Assembly (NCBI RefSeq): GCF_014279995.1
Contig: NZ_CP047935.1
Coordinates: 321,243-345,242, forward strand
DNA length: 24,000 nt
From: Synechococcus sp. BIOS-E4-1
GTDB lineage: Bacteria; Cyanobacteriota; Cyanobacteriia; PCC-6307; Cyanobiaceae
Reading direction: 5' to 3'
Translations under genes and position numbers: made by a program
The notes under the pieces: model-generated
What the model saw: the letters and a program-made list of their open reading frames with translations, nothing else
Databases searched by the model: none
What the model was told of the DNA's origin: nothing
Shown here: positions 16,261 through 24,000 of the stretch, one piece after another
Position numbering within the stretch: the first letter of the stretch is position 1
How the letters are laid out: every line of letters begins with the position of its first letter

Positions 16261-16728
16261 TTAACGCAGGGAATACAACGAGAGGAAGAACGCAAATCCA
16301 AGAGCCAAACTGCCAAAGATCAGCACATTCTTCTGGCCTGGAGTCAAGCGGTTGACACCCAGTCCGAAATCGAGATTTTCTTCAAAACCGCTGGCCTTGG
16401 AGCGCGGGCCGATGTCGCGGAAGGCGCCAACTTTGCTGCGGCAGACGGGACAGCGAAACGTGAAAGCATCCAACTGTTGAAATGGAGTGCCTGTTTCGAT
16501 ACGCAATTTTTTGACGCCTTCTTCAGGGTCGTAAACGAATCCGCAGCTTCTGCACTCGAAGCGGTGCGTGAGTGGATCACTGGCTTGTTCCGCCAGAGTT
16601 TTCTCAGGGGCGCGAACCTTGGCCTCAGTTGAGATCTGCTCAGAGGGATCCGCTTCTGAGCCTGTCTGCTCGTCGTCAGTGATGCTCTCACTCGCAGGGT
16701 CCTGCGGTGCCTGTATTTCGTCGCTCAC
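16261..16728 (-). CDS. rubA: Membrane-anchored rubredoxin RubA with an extended acidic N-terminus
   Basis: 155 aa from GTG 16728. The rubredoxin Cys pairs are CRSCG and CPVCR, and there is a C-terminal TM anchor ([18 protein letters not shown]). It sits directly upstream of ycf48, as in other cyanobacteria. Confidence 0.9.
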   Translation of the reverse strand: MSDEIQAPQDPASESITDDEQTGSEADPSEQISTEAKVRAPEKTLAEQASDPLTHRFECRSCGFVYDPEEGVKKLRIETGTPFQQLDAFTFRCPVCRSKVGAFRDIGPRSKASGFEENLDFGLGVNRLTPGQKNVLIFGSLALGFAFFLSLYSLR

Positions 16729-16829
16729 CGCTGACTGACCGAAGGGATGACACTCTATCTGCGTTACCCGGCCAAACGTCAGCCAGAGGCTGTAAATGCC
16801 AGACTGAATCGCACATTGGTGCTGCCCAG

Positions 16830-17192
16830 ATGTTTGTGCTCCCGGGCTATGACGCCTTCCTGGGCTTTCTGTTGATCGCCGGAGCTGTGCCTGTGCTGGC
16901 TTTGGTGACCAACAAGCTTGTTTCCCCGCGCAGTCAGGTCGGTGAGCGCGAGCTCACCTATGAATCGGGCATGGAGCCGATCGGTGGGGCTTGGATCCAG
17001 TTCAACATCCGCTACTACATGTTTGCGCTGGTCTTCGTGATCTTCGATGTGGAGACGGTTTTTCTCTACCCCTGGGCCGTGGCATTCCACCGACTAGGTA
17101 TTTTGGCTTTCATAGAAGCGTTGGTGTTCATTGCCATCCTCGTGGTGGCTTTGGCCTATGCCTGGCGTAAGGGCGCCCTGGAGTGGAGCTGA
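16830..17192 (+). CDS. ndhC: NAD(P)H-quinone oxidoreductase (NDH-1) subunit 3
   Basis: The ORF track gives 16707-17192. The canonical N-terminus [18 protein letters not shown] starts at ATG 16830 (120 aa). Conserved NdhC/NuoA core: [40 protein letters not shown]. Confidence 0.95.
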   Translation: MFVLPGYDAFLGFLLIAGAVPVLALVTNKLVSPRSQVGERELTYESGMEPIGGAWIQFNIRYYMFALVFVIFDVETVFLYPWAVAFHRLGILAFIEALVFIAILVVALAYAWRKGALEWS

Positions 17193-17196
17193 TCCC

Positions 17197-18006
17197 ATGA
17201 CCTCATCCATTGAACGAGCTGCAACAACCGGGGATGCCCCCTCAATCCAGGCCGTTCGCGACCTGAGGGAATCCAGTTGTGGGCCAGTGGCTGGTGCTGC
17301 TGATGGGGTGCCGACGGTTACTCAGGACCTCAGTGAAAACATCATTCTCACCAGTCTTGATGATCTGCACAACTGGGCCCGATTGAGCAGTCTCTGGCCA
17401 CTTCTCTACGGAACAGCGTGCTGTTTCATCGAATTCGCTGCCTTGCTGGGCTCCCGTTTCGATTTCGACCGCTTTGGTCTTGTGCCACGAAGTTCACCTC
17501 GCCAGGCAGACCTTTTGCTGGTTGCTGGCACAGTCACCATGAAAATGGCGCCTGCATTGGTGCGTCTGTATGAGCAGATGCCCGAACCCAAATATGTGAT
17601 TGCCATGGGTGCTTGCACCATCACCGGTGGCATGTTCAGTGCAGACTCGACCACTGCGGTTCGTGGTGTGGACAAGCTGATTCCGGTTGACCTTTATCTT
17701 CCCGGCTGTCCGCCAAGGCCTGAGGCGATCTTTGATGCTGTGATCAAGCTGCGCAAAAAAGTAGCCAATGAATCCGTGGCCGATCGCCGTCTGTTGATGC
17801 AAACCCATCGCTACTGCACGGTGGAGCATGCGATGACTCCTGTTGAGCCGATCGTCACCGGCGCTTACCTGCGTGCTGAAACACAGGTCGCCGCTCTCAA
17901 GCCTGGTGCCGGTTTGCCGATGCCCGCCCTGGAGACTGCCCAACACGAGAGGGGCGAAGCCGAAATGGTCGAAGCCGAGACCGTCACGATCCCCGAAGAG
18001 TCATGA
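17197..18006 (+). CDS. ndhK: NDH-1 subunit K (NuoB homologue, Fe-S)
   Basis: The ORF track gives 17131-18006. ATG 17197 lies 4 nt after the ndhC stop. Conserved motifs: [29 protein letters not shown] and [10 protein letters not shown] (the N2-cluster Cys ligands). Confidence 0.93.
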   Translation: MTSSIERAATTGDAPSIQAVRDLRESSCGPVAGAADGVPTVTQDLSENIILTSLDDLHNWARLSSLWPLLYGTACCFIEFAALLGSRFDFDRFGLVPRSSPRQADLLLVAGTVTMKMAPALVRLYEQMPEPKYVIAMGACTITGGMFSADSTTAVRGVDKLIPVDLYLPGCPPRPEAIFDAVIKLRKKVANESVADRRLLMQTHRYCTVEHAMTPVEPIVTGAYLRAETQVAALKPGAGLPMPALETAQHERGEAEMVEAETVTIPEES

Positions 18007-18605
18007 GCGCCACCCCTGAGAAGGACACCAAGCCCGAAAAGCTCACCGAAGCTGAGAACAACCCAAAACCTCAGAAGGAGGCCAAGAAGGATGCTCCAGT
18101 GGCAACAGGCCCCGAGCCAGGTCCCGTCAGTCAATGGCTGAGTGAGCAAGGCTTTGAACATGTGGTTCTGGATCCTGACCATGTCGGGGTTGAGCAGATC
18201 GGTGTTGAGGGATTGTTCCTCCCCGTGATTGCAGCGGCACTCAAGAGCCATGGATTTGATCATCTGCAGTGCCAGGGCGGCTACGACGAAGGGCCCGGCC
18301 AGCAACTCGTCAGCTTTTATCACTTCATTGCCATGGCAGAGGTTGCCGACGGTCTTGTGGATCAGTTACGCGAAGTGCGCCTGAAAGTGTTTCTCCCCAG
18401 AGAGGGAGAGCCGAGTATTCCCAGTCTTTACGGGCTGTTTCGCGGGGCTGATTGGCAAGAGCGCGAAACATTCGACATGTTTGGAATCACGTTCGAAGGT
18501 CACCCCCATCCCAAGCGCTTGCTGATGCCTGAGGACTGGACCGGTTGGCCTTTGCGTAAGGACTATGTGCAGCCTGACTTTTATGAGATGCAGGACGCAT
18601 ATTGA
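18003..18605 (+). CDS. ndhJ: NDH-1 subunit J (NuoC homologue)
   Basis: 200 aa with an ATGA overlap onto the ndhK stop. The conserved C-terminal core is [38 protein letters not shown]. The N-terminal ~40 aa form a Lys/Glu/Pro-rich extension. Confidence 0.93.
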   Translation: MSATPEKDTKPEKLTEAENNPKPQKEAKKDAPVATGPEPGPVSQWLSEQGFEHVVLDPDHVGVEQIGVEGLFLPVIAAALKSHGFDHLQCQGGYDEGPGQQLVSFYHFIAMAEVADGLVDQLREVRLKVFLPREGEPSIPSLYGLFRGADWQERETFDMFGITFEGHPHPKRLLMPEDWTGWPLRKDYVQPDFYEMQDAY

Positions 18606-18656
18606 TTTCGAAAAAACATTTCGCTTCTTGAGTCCTTGAGATTCGGGCGCGTCGAA

Positions 18657-20018
18657 TCAACTTGCTAACGACGCTTTATCGGTTTTGTGCTTTCTGTAAA
18701 AGCGCATCACTCCCAGCGCCAGACTGCGTGGGTCATGACGCAGGGTTGCGGTTGGCCTGCTGCCTTGCAGTGGTGCTTCCATCACGTCGTACCCCTCGGT
18801 CTCCAGCTCGCGGCGATTGCAGGTCACCGGCTCAGCGCCGCGTGAGCGGTAATGCTTGATCAGGGGTAAGTCTGCGATGGGCTCTTGAGCGAGCACGGCA
18901 TCAAAGAGTCGATGGTTGATGCCCAGTGAGGCCAGTTGGGCTTCGATGGCCCTCAGATGTCCGCTCACATCCAGTCCGTCAGTTTCACCGGGCTGCGTCA
19001 TCAGATTGCAGATGTAGAGCCTGGGTGCACGGCTGCGCTGAATGGCACTCACCAGTTCAGGAACCAGCAGATTGGGCAGCAGTGAGGTGTAGAGGCTTCC
19101 TGGGCCCAGCAGAATCAGATCCGCCTGGGCAATGGCTTCCAAAGCTCTCGGCAGTGCTGGGGGGCGTTCCGGCAGGCATCCCAGGCGAACGATCGGGCTT
19201 GGTGCCTTTCCGATCGCCGATTCCCCTTCGATGCGGCGACCGTCCTCCAGTTCCGCCCACAGCCGCACATCCACATTGGTGGCGGGTACCACCTGGCCTT
19301 GCACAGCCAGCACTCGGCTTGAGGCGGTGATCGCCGTTTCCAGGCTGCCGGTGATGGCGGTGAGCGCCGAAAGGAAAAGATTGCCGAAGCTGTGACCCTC
19401 AAGGCCTCCCCCGGCGGAGAAGCGGTACTGAAACAGACGCGTCAGCAGTGGTTCTTCGGTGGATAAGGCGGCCAGACAGTTGCGGATGTCGCCGGGTGGC
19501 TGCACGCCCAGCTCTCGCCGCAGCACGCCGCTGCTGCCGCCGTCGTCAGCCACGGTGACGATGGCCGTGATGTGGCTGCTGTAGCGCTTGAGCCCACTCA
19601 GGAGCGTGGAAAGTCCGGTGCCGCCGCCGATGGCCACGATGTTCGGGCCACGGTTGAGGCGGCTTTTGGCGCGCAGTGCATCCACCAGAACGGTGTCTTT
19701 TTCAGGAGCCAGGGCCTGCTGGATGGAGCCGAAGCTGCGGCTCTGCCCCCAGAGCAGCAGACCGATGCCCACGAGCAGCACCAACGGACCGGTAATCCCC
19801 CTGGGCAGGACTCGGGTGATCCAGCTCAATGATTCCTGGATGGCCCAGAGCATCCAGTAGATCGGCTGTAAATCGGCCCAGACGGCAGCGCCGAGCAGCG
19901 CCAGCATCAGTCCAATCCCTGAGGTGAGCAGCCAGCGCTTCACCACCAGACCTGGCTGAAGCCAGCGCACCGCTCGGCGGGAGCGCATCATCAGATCACG
20001 CTGCCGTGCGGCCTGCAT
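18657..20018 (-). CDS. YvcK/CofD-like (UPF0052, gluconeogenesis-factor family) protein with N-terminal TM segments
   Basis: The ORF track gives 18657-20159. The more plausible start is ATG 20018 (MQAARQRDLMMRSRR...), giving 454 aa. Two hydrophobic helices (LLTSGIGLMLALLGAAVWA; ITGPLVLLVGIGLLLWG) precede the family core IVAIGGGTGLSTLLSGLKRY, VTVADDGGSSG and LGPGSLYTSLLPNLLV. Confidence 0.8.
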   Translation of the reverse strand: MQAARQRDLMMRSRRAVRWLQPGLVVKRWLLTSGIGLMLALLGAAVWADLQPIYWMLWAIQESLSWITRVLPRGITGPLVLLVGIGLLLWGQSRSFGSIQQALAPEKDTVLVDALRAKSRLNRGPNIVAIGGGTGLSTLLSGLKRYSSHITAIVTVADDGGSSGVLRRELGVQPPGDIRNCLAALSTEEPLLTRLFQYRFSAGGGLEGHSFGNLFLSALTAITGSLETAITASSRVLAVQGQVVPATNVDVRLWAELEDGRRIEGESAIGKAPSPIVRLGCLPERPPALPRALEAIAQADLILLGPGSLYTSLLPNLLVPELVSAIQRSRAPRLYICNLMTQPGETDGLDVSGHLRAIEAQLASLGINHRLFDAVLAQEPIADLPLIKHYRSRGAEPVTCNRRELETEGYDVMEAPLQGSRPTATLRHDPRSLALGVMRFYRKHKTDKASLAS

Positions 20019-20186
20019 GGCCCGGATGCGTTGACGGCGTCCGCGGTGGCTGGGGCTGGTCAAGTGCAATCCGGGGCCGGGGTCGTCGCTTCCCTTGCGA
20101 TGAGAGAACTGTACGGAAGTTGTTCTTGATGGCCATCCCCTTCGCTGCAAACAAGGCAAGATGGGCCTCTGACGCGCAAAAGCCCC

Positions 20187-20999
20187 GTGCCGACCAGGCT
20201 GGACCCGACATCTCCAGCAACCCAGACGCCTGTGGTGGAGATGCGTGACCTCACCATGCAGTGGGGGGCCAAGCCGGTGCTGGACAATGTGAAGCTGTCC
20301 ATGCAGCCGGGTGAGCGTATTGCCGTGGTTGGGCCTTCAGGGGCGGGGAAGTCCACGGTCCTGCGGTTATTGGCTGGTCTGCAGTTGCCCACTGCCGGTG
20401 AACTGCGCCTGTTTGGTGAACCGCAGGATTACCTCCGCCTTGATCAGCGCCGTCCGCCGGACGTGCGACTGGTGTTTCAGAACCCTGCATTGCTGGCCTC
20501 ACTCACTGTTGAAGAAAACGTCGGCTTTCTGTTGATGCGCCTCGGGCGACTGAAAGCTCCCCAGATTCGTGAGCGGGTTCAGCAGTGTCTTGAGGCCGTT
20601 GGTCTGAATGATGTGGCTGATAAATATCCCGGCCAGCTCAGTGGCGGCATGCAGAAACGGGTGAGCTTCGCCAGGGCTCTGATTGACGATCCCGACCGCG
20701 AAGAGGGTGCGATGCCACTGTTGCTTTATGACGAGCCGACGGCAGGGCTTGATCCGGTTGCCTCAACCCGCATCGAGGATCTGATCGTGAAGACCACCAC
20801 CGTGGCCCGTGGCTGCTCAGTTGTGGTGAGTCATGTGCAGAGCACAATCGAGCGTTCTGCGGAACGCATCGTGATGCTCTACGGAGGCCGTTTTCAGTGG
20901 GACGGCAGTGTCGATGAGTATCGCTCCACCGACAACCCCTACGTCGTTCAGTTCAGGACGGGTAACCTGCGCGGACCGATGCAGCCCTCCGACCAATGA
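20187..20999 (+). CDS. ABC transporter ATP-binding protein, MlaF/TGD3-like
   Basis: 270 aa from GTG 20187 (alternative ATG 20241). Walker A is GPSGAGKST, the signature is LSGGMQKRVSFARAL, Walker B is LLLYDEPTAGLD, and the H-loop is VVVSH. It is immediately followed by an MCE-domain gene. Confidence 0.85.
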   Translation: MPTRLDPTSPATQTPVVEMRDLTMQWGAKPVLDNVKLSMQPGERIAVVGPSGAGKSTVLRLLAGLQLPTAGELRLFGEPQDYLRLDQRRPPDVRLVFQNPALLASLTVEENVGFLLMRLGRLKAPQIRERVQQCLEAVGLNDVADKYPGQLSGGMQKRVSFARALIDDPDREEGAMPLLLYDEPTAGLDPVASTRIEDLIVKTTTVARGCSVVVSHVQSTIERSAERIVMLYGGRFQWDGSVDEYRSTDNPYVVQFRTGNLRGPMQPSDQ

Positions 21000-21002
21000 G
21001 CC

Positions 21003-21932
21003 ATGCGCCGTAGTGTCCGCGAAGCCTTGGTTGGCTTTTCGATCGTCGGAGCGATCGCAGGATTTGCCGGCACCATGCTGTGGCTCAGAGGAGTGCGTCT
21101 CGGGTCGGAGACCTGGACTGTGACTGCAGACTTCGCCAATGCCGGAGGACTGGCGGCCCGCTCACCCGTCACGTTTCGCGGAATCATGGTGGGAACGGTC
21201 CGATCCGTCAAAGTGACTCCGATGGCGGTGAAGGCCATGTTGGAGATCCATGCCGACGATCTCAAGCTGCCGTTGCCTGTGAAGGCTTCCGTCTCTTCGT
21301 CATCACTTCTGGGGGGCGATTCACAGGTTGAACTGGTCACAACAGGCTCGCCGCTACCAAAAAATGCGCCCACGCCGAAATCAGGCCGTTGTCGCAACAG
21401 CGGAATCCTTTGCAATGGTGCAACCGTTCCTGGCGAGTCGGCCGCGAGTCTTTCCACCGTGACAGCCACCCTCGAGCAGCTGCTCAATGAGGCAAAGAAG
21501 TCGAACCTGATCCCCGAACTGGTGGAGTCCACCAAGCAGTTCGGGATCACCAGTCAGGACGCTTCAAAGTTCCTGAACACGGCAGATGTGGCGGCTGAAA
21601 ATGTCGACGAGCTGGTCCACCAGCTACGCGCTGAAGTGGCCAGAGCCAATCCCACCATTGAAAATCTGAACAGGGCTACCGCTGAGGCTGCCGATGCTGC
21701 AGCCCATATCAATAATCTGGCAGGCGCGATCGACAACCCTGAAACGGTGAGTGATCTCAAGCAAACGGTGACCAATGCCCGTGATCTCACGGCTCGCATC
21801 GATCAGGTCGGTGGTGATATCGAACAGCTCACCGATGATCCCCGTTTCATGAAGAGCCTGCGCAGCGTGATGATCGGACTCGGGACCTTGTTTGAGGAGG
21901 TTTATCCCGCGCAGACCGGTACATCGAAGTAG
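21003..21932 (+). CDS. MlaD/MCE-domain substrate-binding protein (TGD2-like) with a long helical C-terminal region
   Basis: 309 aa. An N-terminal TM anchor (ALVGFSIVGAIAGFAGTMLWL) is followed by an MCE-domain pattern (FANAGGLAARSPVTFRGIMVGTVRSVKV). It starts 3 nt after the ABC ATPase stop. The C-terminal half is Ala/Glu/Asn-rich and looks helical. Confidence 0.8.
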   Translation: MRRSVREALVGFSIVGAIAGFAGTMLWLRGVRLGSETWTVTADFANAGGLAARSPVTFRGIMVGTVRSVKVTPMAVKAMLEIHADDLKLPLPVKASVSSSSLLGGDSQVELVTTGSPLPKNAPTPKSGRCRNSGILCNGATVPGESAASLSTVTATLEQLLNEAKKSNLIPELVESTKQFGITSQDASKFLNTADVAAENVDELVHQLRAEVARANPTIENLNRATAEAADAAAHINNLAGAIDNPETVSDLKQTVTNARDLTARIDQVGGDIEQLTDDPRFMKSLRSVMIGLGTLFEEVYPAQTGTSK

Positions 21933-21942
21933 TGCTGCAAAG

Positions 21943-24000
21943 TCAGGTCACTGCACTGATGGCATCCATGGCTATGGCCGCGATGGCCTGATCGCTGGCT
22001 TTCGGCAGCTGAACATATTTGCCCCCTGCGGCTTCGGCCAGGTCTTTGCCCATGCCACTGCCGATGAATTTGCGCTCGGTGTCGATCACCAGCAGCTTGA
22101 TGCCCAGCATGCGGTAGCGCGTCGCCACATCCAGCACTTCCTGTTTGAGGTCAGGCTTTTGTTCGCCTTCCAATTCCGGCTGGCCCAGGGATGTGCTCAG
22201 GGGCACGTTGCCTCGTCCATCGGTAATGGCCACGACCACAACCTGGCCCAGATCGCCTGTGGCCAGGGCATTGGCGCCAACCCTGGCTGCCTGGGTCAGT
22301 CCATGGGCCAGTGGTGACCCTCCGCCGCAGGGCATGGATTCCAGGCGCCGGCGCGCAGCGGTGATCGAGCGCGTGGGAGGCAGCAGCACCTCGGCCTGAT
22401 CGCCGCGGAAGGGGATCAACGCCACTTCGTCGCGGTTTTCGTAGGCCTCGGTGAGTAGCCGGATCACGGCACCTTTGGCGCTCTGCATGCGGTTGAGGGC
22501 CATGGAGCCGCTGGCATCCACCAGGAAGATCACCAGGGCTCCGGCCTGGCGCTGCAGCAGCTTTGCGCGCAGATCGGCTTCCTCAACAATCACACTGCGC
22601 TCGGGCTGGCGTTCGCGCCTTGCTTTCTGGTACGGCGCCGCTGCCCGCAGCGTGGCATCCACGGCGATGCGTCGCACGGGTCCTCTGGGCAGCATCGGTT
22701 TCACGTAGCGGCCGCGGCTGTCGCTGAGCACGACCGAACGACTGCCGCTGCTGCCGCTCTTGCTCTTGGCAGCATTGAACAGCAGCAGGTCGGGATCGAT
22801 GGACACCGCCTCCGGATCGAGCATGAATTCCTCGGGGACCGAGGGCGGTGCCTCGTCCTGGTCCGACTCGTCATCGTCGCTGTTGTCGTCTTCGCGGCTG
22901 TCGTCTTCTTCGTTGTCGTTGGAGTCCTGCTCGGGCGGGTCGTTCTGATCTTGATCAGAGCCTTCCGGCGGCGGTGGTTGGTTCTCCGGGTTCTGCTCGC
23001 CTGCCTCCGGTGGTGGTGGGTTCTGGTCTTGAGGGGGTTCCGGCGGCGGTGGTGGCTCCATCTGCTGATCCGGCGGCGGCAGTTGTGACGCACGTGGTGC
23101 GATCACGAGGGCCACAGCCACCTGCAGGTCTTCCGCTTCGACCTGTTCACGACCGCTGAGGGCTGCATGAGCCCTGGCGACGCGCACGGCGTAGAGCTCG
23201 GATCGGTGCCCCTCCACGCCTCCGCGGATCGCTTCGGTGACGAGGTACTCGATCTGCTCACCACTGATGCGCACGTCCGGCAGCCACTGACGGGCCAGCA
23301 GCAGCTGGGTTGCCAGGGCATCAGTCTCCTCTTTCCAGCGCTCGGCAAAGCTGCGGCTGCATTGGCCGTGGCTCAACACCGCATTGGTGATTTCCACGCG
23401 CTCCTCCGTGCTCACAAGCTGATTGGCTGAGAGGGCGATCGCAAAGCGGTCGAGCAGGTGGTCGCGGACGTTGCCCTCCTCGGGGTTGTAGGTGGCGATC
23501 AGCAGCGGCCTGCAGGGGTGGCTGAGGCTGAGGCCTTCCCGCTCCACCTGGTTTTCACCGGTTCCCACCGCTGCCAGCAACAGATTGATGATGCCGTCAT
23601 CGAGCAGGTTGAGCTCATCGACGTACAGCACTCCCCGGTGAGCTTCTGCCAGCAACCCCGGCTGGAACACAGGGCTGCCGCTGGCCAAGGATGCGGCCAC
23701 GTCCACGGCACCGACCAGTCGGTCTTCGGTGATGCCAAGGGGCACCTGCACAAAGGGAGCGGGAATCACCTTGGAGGGTGGATCCTGGCTCAGCCGCTCG
23801 CGCCAGCTGGCATCCCATTCCTCGGGCCTGGTTGGGTCGAGGTTGAGCCCCGGTCCGGCAGGGAGATCCGCGCTCTCCTGATCCAGCACCTCGATCGGTG
23901 GCAGCAGGGCATGCAGGCCTCTTGCCAGAACCGACTTGCCGGTGCCTCTGCCCCCGGCGATGATCACGCCTCCCAGAGCGGGGTCCACCGCTGCCAGCAT
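21943..24000 (-). CDS. chlD: Magnesium chelatase subunit D (partial; the N-terminus lies beyond the window end)
   Basis: 685 aa within the window. There is an AAA+-like N-domain ([29 protein letters not shown]) and a Pro-rich/acidic linker ([21 protein letters not shown]...[20 protein letters not shown]). The C-terminal vWA domain has the MIDAS motif [11 protein letters not shown]. Homologues have ~20-30 more residues upstream of LLAAVDP, so the ATG at 23998-24000 is probably internal. Confidence 0.93.
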   Translation of the reverse strand: MLAAVDPALGGVIIAGGRGTGKSVLARGLHALLPPIEVLDQESADLPAGPGLNLDPTRPEEWDASWRERLSQDPPSKVIPAPFVQVPLGITEDRLVGAVDVAASLASGSPVFQPGLLAEAHRGVLYVDELNLLDDGIINLLLAAVGTGENQVEREGLSLSHPCRPLLIATYNPEEGNVRDHLLDRFAIALSANQLVSTEERVEITNAVLSHGQCSRSFAERWKEETDALATQLLLARQWLPDVRISGEQIEYLVTEAIRGGVEGHRSELYAVRVARAHAALSGREQVEAEDLQVAVALVIAPRASQLPPPDQQMEPPPPPEPPQDQNPPPPEAGEQNPENQPPPPEGSDQDQNDPPEQDSNDNEEDDSREDDNSDDDESDQDEAPPSVPEEFMLDPEAVSIDPDLLLFNAAKSKSGSSGSRSVVLSDSRGRYVKPMLPRGPVRRIAVDATLRAAAPYQKARRERQPERSVIVEEADLRAKLLQRQAGALVIFLVDASGSMALNRMQSAKGAVIRLLTEAYENRDEVALIPFRGDQAEVLLPPTRSITAARRRLESMPCGGGSPLAHGLTQAARVGANALATGDLGQVVVVAITDGRGNVPLSTSLGQPELEGEQKPDLKQEVLDVATRYRMLGIKLLVIDTERKFIGSGMGKDLAEAAGGKYVQLPKASDQAIAAIAMDAISAVT

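Noticed and set aside
18640-18658. Inverted repeat GATTCG-N7-CGAATC between convergent ndhJ and the yvcK-like gene, a possible terminator
   Set aside because: The stem is only 6 bp, it overlaps the yvcK-like stop codon, and no U-tract follows on either strand. The evidence is insufficient to call a terminator.
20187-21932. MlaF- and MlaD-like genes without an adjacent MlaE-type permease, a possibly incomplete system
   Set aside because: As I recall, in cyanobacteria the TGD1/MlaE-like permease is commonly encoded elsewhere while the ATPase and MCE genes are adjacent. Its absence from this window is therefore not evidence of a defective or novel system.
21933-21942. Only 10 nt separate the convergent stops of the MlaD-like gene and chlD
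   Set aside because: This is notable for termination, which must occur inside the opposing gene, but tight convergent packing is common in compact picocyanobacterial genomes. No structure can be evaluated in 10 nt.
22830-23070. Repetitive-looking GC-rich stretch (runs of ggcggcgg / gtcgtc), with alternative-frame ORFs at 22701-23093 and 22848-23159
   Set aside because: It is the reverse complement of the Pro-rich/acidic linker of ChlD ([16 protein letters not shown]...[20 protein letters not shown]), a known feature joining the AAA+ and vWA domains. It has no spacer-repeat periodicity, so it is not a CRISPR array or a tandem-repeat element.
1-24000. Search for CRISPR repeats, tRNA/rRNA genes, transposase or integrase genes, toxin-antitoxin pairs and known defence-system domains
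   Set aside because: I recognised none by eye in any frame or intergenic region. The accessory part of the window is explained by glycan-biosynthesis genes. A proper tRNA, IS or defence-HMM scan would be needed to exclude small or degenerate elements.

Overview
This window looks like a cyanobacterial chromosome, most consistent with a marine Synechococcus-type picocyanobacterium. Supporting this are a rubA-ycf48-psbEFLJ cluster divergent from ndhCKJ, a chlD gene, a long-form PsbJ, and about 57-58% GC in hand-counted core lines. Positions 1-13400 hold a plus-strand cell-surface polysaccharide locus (O-antigen/EPS-like). In order it encodes a GT4 glycosyltransferase, an AsnB-type amidotransferase, a second GT4, an orphan ~12-TM membrane protein, a PglC-type phosphoglycosyltransferase, a sugar N-formyltransferase-like enzyme, a DegT/PglE-type aminotransferase, a PglF/WbpM/CapD-type dehydratase, UDP-glucose 6-dehydrogenase, and a decayed UDP-glucuronate 4-epimerase. 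A DUF218/YdcF gene follows. The first ~6.2 kb is strikingly AT-rich (35-40% GC in hand-counted lines). Positions 6.2-7.8 kb are intermediate and the rest is host-like, so the locus is a compositional mosaic. Positions 14300-24000 are conserved housekeeping genes: psbJ/L/F/E, ycf48, rubA (all minus strand), ndhC/K/J (plus), a membrane-anchored YvcK/CofD-like protein (minus), MlaF/MlaD-like (TGD3/TGD2-like) lipid-transport components (plus), and the 3' ~2 kb of chlD (minus, running off the window). I did not recognise any CRISPR array, tRNA/rRNA gene, transposase, integrase or known defence system. Four observations stand out. (1) A C10 homopolymer separates the dehydratase gene from its only canonical, translationally coupled start codon; this is either a phase-variation-like switch or an assembly error. 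(2) A PglC/formyltransferase/PglE/PglF module predicts an N-formylated amino-deoxy sugar and straddles the GC boundary. (3) The epimerase next to an intact ugd is internally deleted and frameshifted. (4) An orphan polytopic membrane protein is isolated by unusually long T-rich spacers. All functional calls rest on motif recognition by eye; no database search was possible.
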